From positions 564,737 through 628,736 of the forward strand of contig CAVZPR010000002.1 in NCBI GenBank assembly GCA_963777285.1: 64,000 nt of DNA, written 5' to 3'. Shown in pieces: positions 45,146-54,591 of the stretch. The notes under the pieces were generated by a model. That model worked only from the letters and a program-made list of their open reading frames with translations, was not told the origin of the DNA and searched no databases. Positions within the stretch are counted from its first letter, which is position 1. Every line of letters begins with the position of its first letter. A program made the translations under genes and the position numbers. Origin of the DNA: Candidatus Dormiibacterota bacterium. Lineage in GTDB: Bacteria; Chloroflexota; Dormibacteria; Aeolococcales; Aeolococcaceae.

Positions 45146-46677
45146 GCCGCCGCGCGCTGCAGGAGCATTGCCGCTGCCGGCTCCGCGGCGCGCCGTTCAG
45201 CGGGCACGAGGCCGAGACGCACGCGCCGGTCGATGAGGTCGCTCACCGTGAGCGCGCCCTCGTGGCCCAGACCGAAGAGCAGCTCCACCCCGAGCACCGG
45301 GACGGTCGGGGCGATCGGCTGCAGCAGCGACGCGTCGCTGCCTGCCAGAGCAGCGACTGCTGGCGCTTCCGTGCCATAGCGTCGCACCAGACGTTGCGGC
45401 GCATCGATCGCGCGCAAACGCTGCGCCGATGCCGCGCCGACGAGAGGGATGCGATGCGTGCGACAGGGGCGCGGCGAGCCGCGCAGGATGCGATCGATCG
45501 TGTCCTCGGCCATGCGCCGGTACGTGGTCAGCTTGCCGCCCACGACGGTGACGACACCGCTCGACCGGTCCTCGATGATCGCGTGGCGGCGGCTGAGATC
45601 CGCGGTCGCGCCATGCTTGCCCGCGAGCAGCGGGCGCAAGCCCGCGTAGCTGCCGATGACCGACGACACCTGCACCGGTGTGCGCAGCGCGAGCGACAGC
45701 ACGTCGAGCAGGAATCCCTCCTCGTCAGCGGAGGCGCGCGGCTCGTCACCCGCGTCGCGTGCGTACGGCTCGTCGGTGACGCCGACGATGACGCGGCCGT
45801 CTTCCGCGGGTGTGGCGCCGACCCAGCGGGCACTGGCGTGAGGCACAGGCACCGCCAGAGCGGCGCGCGGGTTGCCCAGCGTGGCCGCGGCCAATATCAC
45901 GTGCGAGCCCTTGCTCGGCGTCAGCTTCACGCCCGGTGACAGCGCGCCGGCCCAGACACCGGCCGCGTTGACCACGTGGCCCGCGCGCACCGTGAAGCTC
46001 TGCCCGCCGATCACGTCGCGCACCGTCGCGCCGTCGTGGCGCAGCTGCGTCGCTTCACAGTACGTGAGCACCATCGCACCGTGCGCGGCCGCCGTGCGTG
46101 CCACCGCGATCACCAGGCGCGCGTCGTCCTCGATCTGCCCGTCCCAGAAGAGGAGTGCGCCCCGGAGATCGTGGGGTCGCAGCTCGGGAACGAGGCGCAG
46201 CGCCTCGTGGCGGCTGATGCGGCGCGGTCCCGGCAGCGTCGCGGTGGGCGTGCCCGAGGCCATGCGCATCAGGTCACCGACACGGATGCCCGTCTCGGTC
46301 AGCGCGCCGTGCAGCCCCCGCATCGCGCCGTTGAGCGGTGCGACGAACGGCAGCGCGCGCACCAGGTGCGGCGCCGTGAGCGTCATGAGGACGTGGCGCT
46401 CGCGCGCCGACTCCCAGGCGACGCCGACCTCACCCTGACGCAGGTAGCGCAGGCCGCCGTGGGCGAGCTTGCTGCTCCACCGGCTGGTGCCGTTGGCAAG
46501 GTCGCGACGCTCCACCAGAGCGACGCTGAGGCCGCGCGTCGCCGCGTCCAGCGCCACGCCCGCGCCGGTGATGCCGCCGCCGACCACAAGGACGTCGACC
46601 TGCCGGCCGTGCGCCAGCATGTCGAGCTCGCGCGCGCGCCGCGCGGCGTTGAGAGACGGCGAGCCGGTGACCCTCAC
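45142..46677 (-). CDS. glpD: FAD-dependent glycerol-3-phosphate dehydrogenase/oxidase
   Basis: DVLVVGGGITGAGVALDAATRGLSVALVERRDLANGTSRWSSKLAHGGLRYL. A GTGA overlap joins it to the upstream TetR gene. Confidence 0.9.
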   Translation of the reverse strand: MRVTGSPSLNAARRARELDMLAHGRQVDVLVVGGGITGAGVALDAATRGLSVALVERRDLANGTSRWSSKLAHGGLRYLRQGEVGVAWESARERHVLMTLTAPHLVRALPFVAPLNGAMRGLHGALTETGIRVGDLMRMASGTPTATLPGPRRISRHEALRLVPELRPHDLRGALLFWDGQIEDDARLVIAVARTAAAHGAMVLTYCEATQLRHDGATVRDVIGGQSFTVRAGHVVNAAGVWAGALSPGVKLTPSKGSHVILAAATLGNPRAALAVPVPHASARWVGATPAEDGRVIVGVTDEPYARDAGDEPRASADEEGFLLDVLSLALRTPVQVSSVIGSYAGLRPLLAGKHGATADLSRRHAIIEDRSSGVVTVVGGKLTTYRRMAEDTIDRILRGSPRPCRTHRIPLVGAASAQRLRAIDAPQRLVRRYGTEAPAVAALAGSDASLLQPIAPTVPVLGVELLFGLGHEGALTVSDLIDRRVRLGLVPAERRAAEPAAAMLLQRAAA

Positions 46678-47264
46678 CCCGCGGCCTCGCCCGGCGTCAG
46701 GTAGGCGTCGAGCAAGCGTCCCAGCTCGCGCGTCGCGGCGCGGCTGTGACCCTCATGCTCCGTCACCCGCGCGGCCAGCACGAAGCTGCTCACCACCAGC
46801 TGCAGCACGTAAGAGACAACATCGGCATCAACTGGGCGGATGGAGCCGTCCTCGCGACCCTCGCGAAGCAGACGGCGAAACTCACCCATCGCGATTCGCT
46901 GCGACTGGCCGAGCCGCGCCACCATGTACGGCACCAGCAGGTCGGGGTCGAGCTCGATCACGCGCCGCACCAGCGGATCGGCCGCGATCCGGTCCACCGC
47001 GCTCAGCGTCATCGCCACGAGCCGAGCGCGCGCGGTCGGCAGCTGAGCTGCACCCGCCTGCGCGGCCGCGACCACGTCGCCGAACTCGCGCGTGAGCAGC
47101 GACGACCAGAGCGTCCGCGCATCCGGGAACAGGCGGTACACGGTCATGCGGCTGGTGCCGGCGCGGCGGGCGACGTCGCCGACCGTGGTGCGCCGCACCC
47201 CGAGGGAGGCGACGCACTGCCGGGCCGCCTCGAGCACCGCGGCGTCGGTGTGGCGACGTGACAT
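46674..47264 (-). CDS. TetR family transcriptional regulator
   Basis: ORF 46674..47333 trimmed to MSRRHTD (ATG 47264). The HTH is RRTTVGDVARRAGTSRMTVYRLF. Confidence 0.85.
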   Translation of the reverse strand: MSRRHTDAAVLEAARQCVASLGVRRTTVGDVARRAGTSRMTVYRLFPDARTLWSSLLTREFGDVVAAAQAGAAQLPTARARLVAMTLSAVDRIAADPLVRRVIELDPDLLVPYMVARLGQSQRIAMGEFRRLLREGREDGSIRPVDADVVSYVLQLVVSSFVLAARVTEHEGHSRAATRELGRLLDAYLTPGEAAG

Positions 47265-47322
47265 CGTGCGTCCAACTGTAACACCGGCGCTCCGGCACCG
47301 GTTGGGTATCCTTCGCCGCGGG

Positions 47323-47445
47323 ATGTTGCTCACCGCCGCGCCGGACCTCCCGCTGGTGATCGGGATCCCCTTCGCCCTGATGCTGGGCTGCTTCGCGGCG
47401 GCGATCGGGACCTTCCTGGTCCTCCGCCGCCTCCGCCGTCCCTAG
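47323..47445 (+). CDS. possible 40-aa hydrophobic mini-protein (weak call)
   Basis: This is the tail of ORF 47092..47445: MLLTAAPDLPLVIGIPFALMLGCFAAAIGTFLVLRRLRRP. It has a single TM segment plus a basic tail and very high GC3. It is divergent from the TetR gene. Confidence 0.3.
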   Translation: MLLTAAPDLPLVIGIPFALMLGCFAAAIGTFLVLRRLRRP

Positions 47446-47452
47446 TGCAGCA

Positions 47453-47959
47453 CTAGCTGACCGACAGCACCTCGACGTCGAACACCAGCGTGGCGTTGGC
47501 CGGGATCACCGGTGGCCGTCCCGCCGAGCCGAACGCCAGAGACGGCGGTATGACCAGGCGCCGCTTGCCCCCGGCGTGCATGCCGCGGATGCCGTCCTCC
47601 AGGCCGGTGATGACCTGCCCGGCGCCGTAGACGAACGAGTAGGGACCGTTGCCCGACGTGCGCGACGTGTCGAACTGCTTGCCGCTGGTCAGCCAACCCG
47701 TGTACTGAATGCTGATGGTCCTGCCCGAAGCCACAACCGGCCCGCAGCCGACGGTGATGTCGCCGTACTGCAGACCGCTCGGCACGGTGGTGAGCGTCAC
47801 GCTCTCGTCGAACGCATCGGTGGACGACGCCTGCCCTGGAGCGGAGCAGGGGGTGGCCCCGGGCGTGGCCGGCGCCGTGGCCAGGCCGCTGACGGGCACC
47901 AGGGTGCCGCACCCGGCGAGCACGGCCACCGCGGCGAGCAGGAGCGCGCGAATCAGCAT
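47453..47959 (-). CDS. FKBP-type peptidyl-prolyl cis-trans isomerase lipoprotein
   Basis: ORF 47453..48040 trimmed to MLIRALLLAAVAVLAGC (lipobox). The FKBP core is YTGWLTSGKQFDTS...FVYGAGQVITGLEDGIRGMHAGGKRRLVIPP. Confidence 0.9.
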   Translation of the reverse strand: MLIRALLLAAVAVLAGCGTLVPVSGLATAPATPGATPCSAPGQASSTDAFDESVTLTTVPSGLQYGDITVGCGPVVASGRTISIQYTGWLTSGKQFDTSRTSGNGPYSFVYGAGQVITGLEDGIRGMHAGGKRRLVIPPSLAFGSAGRPPVIPANATLVFDVEVLSVS

Positions 47960-48027
47960 CGGGCGGCGAATGCTACCGGGTGGCCGGGTAGAATCGACTG
48001 GAAGCAGATCCGAGGAGCAGACGCGCC

Positions 48028-48225
48028 ATGGCAAACACAATCAAGGAATCCAAGGGAATCACGTCGCAGAAGGACATCGTGACCCGGCTTCGCTGTCCCA
48101 TCTGCCACAACCTCATGCGCCAGAACGAGATCGGCGTGGAGATCGCCTTTCGCCACAGCCGCCGTCCGGGTGAGCCGCGCCGCGAGCGCATCCTGAAACA
48201 CACCAAGAACTGCCGCGCCGCGTAG
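48028..48225 (+). CDS. small putative zinc-binding protein (65 aa)
   Basis: MANTIKESKG...RCPICHNLM...LKHTKNC has a CxxC...HxxxC pattern. GC3 is high after the first codons. It ends 5 nt before the LON-domain gene. Confidence 0.55.
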   Translation: MANTIKESKGITSQKDIVTRLRCPICHNLMRQNEIGVEIAFRHSRRPGEPRRERILKHTKNCRAA

Positions 48226-48230
48226 GCGCC

Positions 48231-48881
48231 ATGGCGGTCGACCTCGCGCTCTTTCCGCTGCGGACCGTGCTGTTCCCCCACATGCCGCTGGCGCTGCACA
48301 TCTTCGAGGACCGCTACCGGGTGATGATGCGCGACTGCACCGCGGTGGGAACGACCTTCGGCGTGCTCGCCATCCGCGAGGGGGTCGAGGTCGGTGGCGG
48401 CGCCGTGCCGTACGAGGTGGGCACGCTGGCGCAGCTGCGCGACGTCGAAGAGCTGGACGACGGTCGCTACAACCTGCTCGTGGTGGGCGCCTCACGCTTC
48501 CGCGTGCAAGCGTTCCGGCACGAGCGGCCATATCTCTCCGGCTCCGTGACCTACCTGCAGGACGACTCCGACGGCGGAGGCGATGAGGTGGCGCTGGCGC
48601 AGCGCGCTCGCGCCGCGTTCGCCGCCTACGTCGCGTCGCTCGGCCGCCACAGCGGGCAGGAGCCCGGCGAGGTGTCGCTGCCCGAGGAGCCCGAGCTGCT
48701 CGCCTACCTCGTGGCCGGAGCGCTGGAGGTCGAGGTGGCGCGCAAGCAGGAGCTGCTCGAGGTCGACTCGACGGCGGAGCGGCTCCGCGGGTGCCTCGCG
48801 CTCATGCGGCGCGAGGCGGTGCTGCTGCAGCGCCTGGCCACCCGGCGGCCGGGGCGCGCACCGCACGTCTCGCCCAACTGA
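48231..48881 (+). CDS. LON N-terminal (substrate-binding) domain protein
   Basis: LALFPLRTVLFPHMPLALHIFEDRYRVMM is the start of a LON domain. No AAA or protease domain is present. Confidence 0.85.
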   Translation: MAVDLALFPLRTVLFPHMPLALHIFEDRYRVMMRDCTAVGTTFGVLAIREGVEVGGGAVPYEVGTLAQLRDVEELDDGRYNLLVVGASRFRVQAFRHERPYLSGSVTYLQDDSDGGGDEVALAQRARAAFAAYVASLGRHSGQEPGEVSLPEEPELLAYLVAGALEVEVARKQELLEVDSTAERLRGCLALMRREAVLLQRLATRRPGRAPHVSPN

Positions 48882-48882
48882 C

Positions 48883-49653
48883 GTGACCGATTCCGCGACG
48901 CGGTTCTCGCTCGACGGTCGCGCCGCTCTGATCACCGGCGCCAGCCGCGGCATCGGCCGTGCCATCGCCCTCGCCGTCGCGTCCGCGGGTGCGACGGTCG
49001 GTGTCAACGCGCGGCACGCCGAGGGCTGCGACGCCGTGGCCGCGGAGATCACCGCCGCCGGCGGCACCGCGTATCCCATCCCCGGACACGTGGGCAACGC
49101 GGAAGGATGCGAGGCCATCGTCGCGGCGTTCGTCGAGCGTGCCGGGCGCGTCGACGTGCTGGTGAACAACGCGGGCACCAACCCGCAGTTCGGCCCTCTG
49201 CTCGACGCCGACGAGGGCGCGATCAACCGCATCTGGGAGGTGAACGTGCTCGGGCCGCTGCGTGTCACGCGCCACGTCTGCACGGCGTGGATGCGAGAAC
49301 ACGGTGGCAGCGTGATCAACATGGCGTCCGTGGCCGGAATCAGGCCCGAGGCGCTCACCGGCGCGTACAACGCCAGCAAGGCCGCGCTCATCAGCGTGAC
49401 GCGCACGCTCGCGCGCGAGCTCGGTCCGCTGCACATCCGCGTCAACGCGATCGCACCGGGCCTGGTGGAAACGCGGCTCGCGCAGGTCCTCGTCGAGACA
49501 CCGCAGATCCACGATCACATCGTCGGGCAGACGGCGCTCGCCCGCCACGCCGAACCCGACGAGATCGCCGGGGCGGCGCTGTACCTGGCCTCCGACGCCT
49601 CCAGCTTCGTGACCGGCAGCGTGATAACCGTCGACGGCGGCTGGACGGCGTGA
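48883..49653 (+). CDS. SDR-family oxidoreductase
   Basis: ORF 48583..49653 trimmed to GTG 48883. It has TGASRGIG, NNAG and YNASK (YxxxK). Confidence 0.9.
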   Translation: MTDSATRFSLDGRAALITGASRGIGRAIALAVASAGATVGVNARHAEGCDAVAAEITAAGGTAYPIPGHVGNAEGCEAIVAAFVERAGRVDVLVNNAGTNPQFGPLLDADEGAINRIWEVNVLGPLRVTRHVCTAWMREHGGSVINMASVAGIRPEALTGAYNASKAALISVTRTLARELGPLHIRVNAIAPGLVETRLAQVLVETPQIHDHIVGQTALARHAEPDEIAGAALYLASDASSFVTGSVITVDGGWTA

Positions 49654-49672
49654 GCTGCACGTTGGCGGTCCA

Positions 49673-49799
49673 CTGAGGGTCGGGGAGGGCCACCGTCGAC
49701 AGGGGGTCGAGACGCCTTCGGCGTCGTCGCCCCTCAGCACTCGCCGCGGGGGCCACCGCGGCTCCGTGATGGTCGGCGGCGCCCACTCCCCGACCCTCA
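49673..49799 (+). other. structured intergenic segment with a 14-bp long-range inverted repeat and a competing 7-bp pairing
   Basis: TGAGGGTCGGGGAG (49674-49687) pairs with CTCCCCGACCCTCA (49786-49799). CTGAGGG (49673-49679) can instead pair with CCCTCAG (49731-49737). An internal hairpin GACGCC-TTC-GGCGTC lies at 49711-49725. Confidence 0.5.
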
Positions 49800-49892
49800 C
49801 GGCGGCACCCGTCCTAGCCTCACCCGACCGGCATCCGCCGACGGTGCACAATGCCGGTCACCGCATCATGCTCACGAGGTCCAGGTTCCAGC

Positions 49893-51473
49893 ATGGCCAA
49901 TGATCACGGTCTCGGGTTTCAGCTGACGCGGCGGGCGGCGCTGTCGCCTGAGCGTACGGCGCTCATCTTCCGGGACGAGACGTGGACCTACGCGGAGCTC
50001 AACCGCATCGTCAACCGCGTCGCCAACGGGTTGCACGCGCTCGGCGTCAATCCCGGTGACCGCGTCGGCTTCCTCGGCCTGAACCATCCACGTTTCTTCT
50101 TCACGCTCTTCGCCGCCGCCAAGCTCGGTGCGACGTTCGTGCCGCTCAACTTCAGGCTCACCGGGCCCGAGCTGACCTTCATCATCAGCGACGCCGGGCT
50201 GCACACCCTCATGTTCGAGGAGCACTTCGCGTCGATCATCGACGAGATCCGCGGCGATCTGCCGGTGCGCGAGCTGGTCAGCGTCACGGCCGGCCATGGC
50301 GTGCGCGGCTTCGACGACCTGCAGATCGACCAGCGTGACTCCGACCTCGACTATCCCGTCGACGGCAACGACGTCGCGTGGATCATGTACACGTCGGGCA
50401 CGACGGGCCGCCCCAAGGGCGCGATGCTGACGCACGACAACATCCTCTGGAACAACATCAACGCGTCGCTCGCGTACGACGGCCTCACAGACGACCGCAC
50501 GCTTGTGGTGGCGCCGCTGTTCCACATCGGCGGGCTCAACGTGACGCCAATCGGATCGCTGTGGAAGGGCGCAACGGTGGTGCTGGAGCAGGTGTTCGAG
50601 CCCGGCATCGTGCTCGAGATCATCGAGAAGCACCGCATCAGCACCATGTTCGGCGTGCCCGCGATGTTCCTGTTCATGGCGCAACACCCGGACTTCGCCG
50701 GACGCGACCTGAGCAGCCTGCGCATGCTCGTGGTCGGCGGTGCACCCGTGCCCGAGTCGCTGCTGGAGATCTACGCGTCGCGCGGCATCCCCATGCTGCA
50801 GGGATACGGGCTCACCGAAACCGCGCCGTTCTCCTGCTTCCTGCCACCGCACATGGCGGCGACCAAGAAAGGATCGGCCGGCATCCCGCCGTTCTTCGGC
50901 GAGGTGCGCTGTGTCGATGAGAACGGCCACACGGTTGCCGACGGTGAGCGCGGCGAGATCGTCGTGCGCGGGCCCAACGTGATGAAGGGGTACTGGAACC
51001 GTCCTGACGCCACGGCGGAGGTGCTGGTCGACGGCTGGTTCCACACGGGTGACATAGGCATGCGCGACAGGGACGGCTACTTCTTCATCCTCGACCGCAA
51101 GAAGGACATGATCATCAGCGGCGGCGAGAACGTCTACCCCGCAGAGGTCGAGGACACGCTGTACCAGCACCCGAGCGTCAAGGAGGTGGCGGTCATCGGC
51201 GTCACGCATCCGCGCTGGGGCGAGACGGTGCGCGCCGTCGTCGTCGTGAAGGACGGCGAGACGGTGACGGAGCAGGAGATCATCGACTTCACCGAGGGCA
51301 AGCTGGCGCGCTACAAGCAGCCGAGGTCCGTCGTGTTCACCAATCTGCTGCCCCGCAACCCCGCGGGCAAGGTGATCAAGTTCGAGCTGCGTGAGAAGTT
51401 CGGCCAGCCGATGACCGAAGCTGAAGAAGTCCGGCCCAGCGACGCGGCGCGAGCCCCGACTACTTCAGGCTGA
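49893..51473 (+). CDS. AMP-dependent acyl-CoA synthetase/ligase
   Basis: ORF 49851..51473 trimmed to MANDHGL. It has YTSGTTGRPKG, GYGLTE and the late motifs DIGMRDRDGYFFILDRKKD and GKV. Confidence 0.92.
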   Translation: MANDHGLGFQLTRRAALSPERTALIFRDETWTYAELNRIVNRVANGLHALGVNPGDRVGFLGLNHPRFFFTLFAAAKLGATFVPLNFRLTGPELTFIISDAGLHTLMFEEHFASIIDEIRGDLPVRELVSVTAGHGVRGFDDLQIDQRDSDLDYPVDGNDVAWIMYTSGTTGRPKGAMLTHDNILWNNINASLAYDGLTDDRTLVVAPLFHIGGLNVTPIGSLWKGATVVLEQVFEPGIVLEIIEKHRISTMFGVPAMFLFMAQHPDFAGRDLSSLRMLVVGGAPVPESLLEIYASRGIPMLQGYGLTETAPFSCFLPPHMAATKKGSAGIPPFFGEVRCVDENGHTVADGERGEIVVRGPNVMKGYWNRPDATAEVLVDGWFHTGDIGMRDRDGYFFILDRKKDMIISGGENVYPAEVEDTLYQHPSVKEVAVIGVTHPRWGETVRAVVVVKDGETVTEQEIIDFTEGKLARYKQPRSVVFTNLLPRNPAGKVIKFELREKFGQPMTEAEEVRPSDAARAPTTSG

Positions 51474-53265
51474 CGACCAGCCGCGCTCCGGAGAAGGACA
51501 GGCTCATCGTCACGGAGTGCTTCAGCGTGAGCACGTAGACGGCGGCGTCCCGCACCGGCGACGGCTGCAGCAGCTGGACCTTCGTCGCGTATCCGTGGCC
51601 CGCAGGCTGGATCGGCTGCCGCGACGCGCCGGCGCCGTTGATCTCGACATAGAGCGTCGTGGCGTTGGCGAACCCGGCCACGACCTTGGGACGTCCCTGG
51701 ATGCTGAAGTCGAACGTGATCGTCTCGATGCCACCCGGATGCAGCGCGTAGTGGATGCCGATGATGGAGATCCCGCTCGCGCCGCTGCCGATGGCCTGCA
51801 CGCCGGTGAGCTTCGGCAGGGCGGGCCTGGCCGCGGGAGTCGGTGTTGGTGGCGCCGGGGTCGGCGTGGGTGCTGCGGTGGGGCTGGGTGCGACCGTCGC
51901 GGGCGGCGCGCTCGCCTGCGGCAACGCCGTGGGCGCCGCGCCGTGATGCGCGCCCGTCGTTGCCAGCGGCACGCTGCTCTTGCCCAGAAGGATGCCGACG
52001 AGCATGAGGATGGCCAGCGCGCCGGCGACGATCCAGAGGCGACGGTCGACACCGGTGACGCCGACCGCGGGACCGTGGCGGGCGCCGGTGCGGCGCGCCA
52101 CGGCGGCGGTGAGCGAGCCGATGCCGCCGGCGCGCGAGCTGCCGTTGCCTGTGCCGCGCGCCACCGTGCGCATGTGACGGCCGGGCGTGACCGGGACTTC
52201 CGGTGCGGCTCCGGGCGGCGTCGCGACAGGCGGTTCGACGGGCATCGTCTCTGTGGCGATGGTGCGCGGCGCGTCGTTGACCGGTGCTGTCGGCGGCGGC
52301 GCGGTGCCGATCCTCGCCTGCGTCGTGGCGACCGCCGCAGCGGCGGCGATGCCGGATGCGACCGCGACCGGCGCTTGCACCAGCTCCGGAGGCGGCACCG
52401 CGCGTCCCGTCGCCTCGAGCTCTTCGTCGGCGTCGTCCTCATCCGGTTGCACAGACGCCGCAGGTGGCGCAACGGGCGTGGCGGGCACGCCCCGGCGGCG
52501 GGCCATGCGCTCCTGGTAGCTGCGATTCACGGGCCGGCCCTCCCAGTGCGGCGCCCCGTCGCCGCTGACGATCTGGTATCCGTCGTCGTGCGCCGTACCG
52601 CGCATCAGCGCACGGCGCACGCTCACGGAGTCGCGCACCCGGTTGATGAAGCGCGCCACCGGCCCGGGGGGATAGGTCGGCAGCGGAGGAGCCGGCGGTG
52701 CGGCAGCTTCGCCGGCTGTGGTCGCCGCCGCCCAAGGTTCGGCGTGGTCTGATTCCGCGATGGGATCAGGTTGCGGATCAGGGTCGGGTTCGGGCTCTGG
52801 CTCGGGTTCCGGTGCCGGATCGTGCTCCGCGCGCGCCTCGAGCTCGTGGTACGGCTCCGCCTCCAGCTCGATGCCCGGGTGCGGATCCAGGTGCACGTCC
52901 GGCTCGATCGGCGGCGGTTCGTACGCCGGCGGCACCGGGACCGTGTGCGGCGCCCACGCGAGCTCGGCCGCGCTGCTGCCCGCAGCCCATGTCGTGGGGT
53001 CGGGAGCCGGCGGTTCGTCGTCGTGCCAGGGCGTCTCCGGCGCGCTGTCGCCGTTCAGGCCGATGAGAGCGAAGAGCTCGCGCGCCGCCCGGTCGTCGAC
53101 GTGAACGTGGTCGAGCGCCGACACGCGCTCCGTCTCCTCGCGCAGGTAGCCGAGCGCGGTGCTGCAGCGCGTGCAACCGACGAGGTGCGCCTCCAGCTCG
53201 CCCGTGCGTTCGTTCTCCAGTTCATCATCGATGTAGCCGCTGAGCACGAGCAGGCTGCATCTCAC
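51460..53265 (-). CDS. anti-sigma factor (zf-HC2) with a long Pro-rich linker, a TM segment and an extracytoplasmic domain
   Basis: ORF 51460..53343 trimmed to GTG 53265, which overlaps the sigma stop as GTGA. It has HLVGCTRC (Hx3Cx2C), PEPEPEPEPDPDPQPDP repeats, the TM segment LWIVAGALAILMLVGILL and a beta-rich C-terminus. Confidence 0.75.
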   Translation of the reverse strand: MRCSLLVLSGYIDDELENERTGELEAHLVGCTRCSTALGYLREETERVSALDHVHVDDRAARELFALIGLNGDSAPETPWHDDEPPAPDPTTWAAGSSAAELAWAPHTVPVPPAYEPPPIEPDVHLDPHPGIELEAEPYHELEARAEHDPAPEPEPEPEPDPDPQPDPIAESDHAEPWAAATTAGEAAAPPAPPLPTYPPGPVARFINRVRDSVSVRRALMRGTAHDDGYQIVSGDGAPHWEGRPVNRSYQERMARRRGVPATPVAPPAASVQPDEDDADEELEATGRAVPPPELVQAPVAVASGIAAAAAVATTQARIGTAPPPTAPVNDAPRTIATETMPVEPPVATPPGAAPEVPVTPGRHMRTVARGTGNGSSRAGGIGSLTAAVARRTGARHGPAVGVTGVDRRLWIVAGALAILMLVGILLGKSSVPLATTGAHHGAAPTALPQASAPPATVAPSPTAAPTPTPAPPTPTPAARPALPKLTGVQAIGSGASGISIIGIHYALHPGGIETITFDFSIQGRPKVVAGFANATTLYVEINGAGASRQPIQPAGHGYATKVQLLQPSPVRDAAVYVLTLKHSVTMSLSFSGARLVVSLK

Positions 53266-53822
53266 AGGGCGATCTCCCTGTAGATGGAGCCGAACTCCCT
53301 GCGCGCGGCGGCGATCAACCGCGCCGTCGCGTCGGGCGAGCATTCCAATGCGCGAGAGATCTCGCGGTAATCAAGCCCGGCGACGTCGCGCAGCAGCAAC
53401 ACGGCGCGGCGATCGAAGTTCAACATCGCCAGGGCGCGCTTCGCGGTGTTCATTCGCGACGCGGCGGTGGCATCCACGGGAATGCGGGCACCGGCGCCGC
53501 GGCGGTGGAAAAGTCGCGCCGGCCCGTGCGGGCGCGGTGGATAGCGCAGCTCCTGCCGGCAGGCGCGCGTGACCGCGCGGTACAGCGCCGCGCGGCCGTC
53601 GACACGCCACCGCGCAGGTGGGTAGCGACTGGCGTGATAGATGCCCGCGGTGACGAAGTCCATGGCGTCGGCCGGGTCGTACACCAGGTGCGTGGCATAC
53701 GTGACGAGGGCGTCGAGATGCTCGCGCGCGGTGTCGGAGAGCTCACGCGCCTCGGGAAGGACGTTGGCTGAGACGTTGATCATGGCGGTGGCGTGGTAAG
53801 CGCGGTCCTGCGGCTGGAGCAT
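53262..53822 (-). CDS. ECF-type sigma-70 family RNA polymerase sigma factor (divergent region 2)
   Basis: 186-aa ORF with a region-4-like segment, RRAVLLLRDVAGLDYREISRALECSPDATARLIAAARREF. It is coupled to the anti-sigma gene. Confidence 0.7.
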   Translation of the reverse strand: MLQPQDRAYHATAMINVSANVLPEARELSDTAREHLDALVTYATHLVYDPADAMDFVTAGIYHASRYPPARWRVDGRAALYRAVTRACRQELRYPPRPHGPARLFHRRGAGARIPVDATAASRMNTAKRALAMLNFDRRAVLLLRDVAGLDYREISRALECSPDATARLIAAARREFGSIYREIAL

Positions 53823-53844
53823 ACACCGCGGAGTGGGAATTGGG

Positions 53845-54591
53845 TCATGGCGTCCGAGTACTGGCCGGAACCGGCACTAACGCACCGCCGCGCACGGCGA
53901 CGGGACGGCTGAGGCCGCACGCCCGCCAAGCTGCCGCCGGCATGCCGATGTCGGCCACCCAGAGGTCACCCGCGTACGCGCCTGCCCCCCAGAGGCCGGC
54001 CTTCATCCCCGCCAGTGTGCACGTCGCGGCGGCGCGGACGCAGGGGACGTACGGCTCGCCGGTGCCGGCGTCGAGCCCGCTGGGCACGTCGATGGCCAGG
54101 ACCTGCACGCCTGCCGAGTTCAGAGCTCTGATCGCCGCCGCTTGGGGACCGCGGGGCGCGGCGCGCAGGCCGGTGCCAAGGATGCCATCGAGCAGAAGGG
54201 CCGGCTCGGCGCCCGCGGGGATAGCCGGCAGCTCGGGACCGACGGCGACGGACACGCCGTTGCTCCGCGCCGAGCGAATGTGGGCGGCGAGGACGTCCGC
54301 GAGCTGATCTTCGCGCGCCAGCACATGCCCGGTCACCAGGCAGCCCCACGTGGCGAGGTGGCGCGCCGCCACCAACGCGTCACCACCGTTGTTGCCACGT
54401 CCGGCCACAACGAAGACGCTCGCTTCCTGCTCTCCGAGCATGCGCCATGAGCATCGCGCCACCTGCCAGCCGGCAACCTCCATCAACTGCATGGTGTTGA
54501 CACCGATCTCTGCGGCAGCTGCGTCCAGCGCGGCGACCTGTCCCGGTGTCAGCGCGCCGAAGCGCAGGGCCTCGTCGGGGTTCGAGCTCAC
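53845..54591 (-). CDS. nnrE: NAD(P)H-hydrate epimerase (YjeF N-terminal domain only)
   Basis: ORF 53845..54759 trimmed to GTG 54591, with a GTGA overlap. It reads VFVVAGRGNNGGDALVAARHL...DGILGTGL...IDVPSGLD. Confidence 0.85.
   Translation of the reverse strand: MSSNPDEALRFGALTPGQVAALDAAAAEIGVNTMQLMEVAGWQVARCSWRMLGEQEASVFVVAGRGNNGGDALVAARHLATWGCLVTGHVLAREDQLADVLAAHIRSARSNGVSVAVGPELPAIPAGAEPALLLDGILGTGLRAAPRGPQAAAIRALNSAGVQVLAIDVPSGLDAGTGEPYVPCVRAAATCTLAGMKAGLWGAGAYAGDLWVADIGMPAAAWRACGLSRPVAVRGGALVPVPASTRTP

Noticed and set aside
47265-47322. A TetR operator palindrome between the glpD-operon TetR gene and the divergent mini-ORF (CCAAC-N24-GTTGG).
   Set aside because: Only the 5-bp ends match and the interior is not symmetric, so the evidence is too weak to call.
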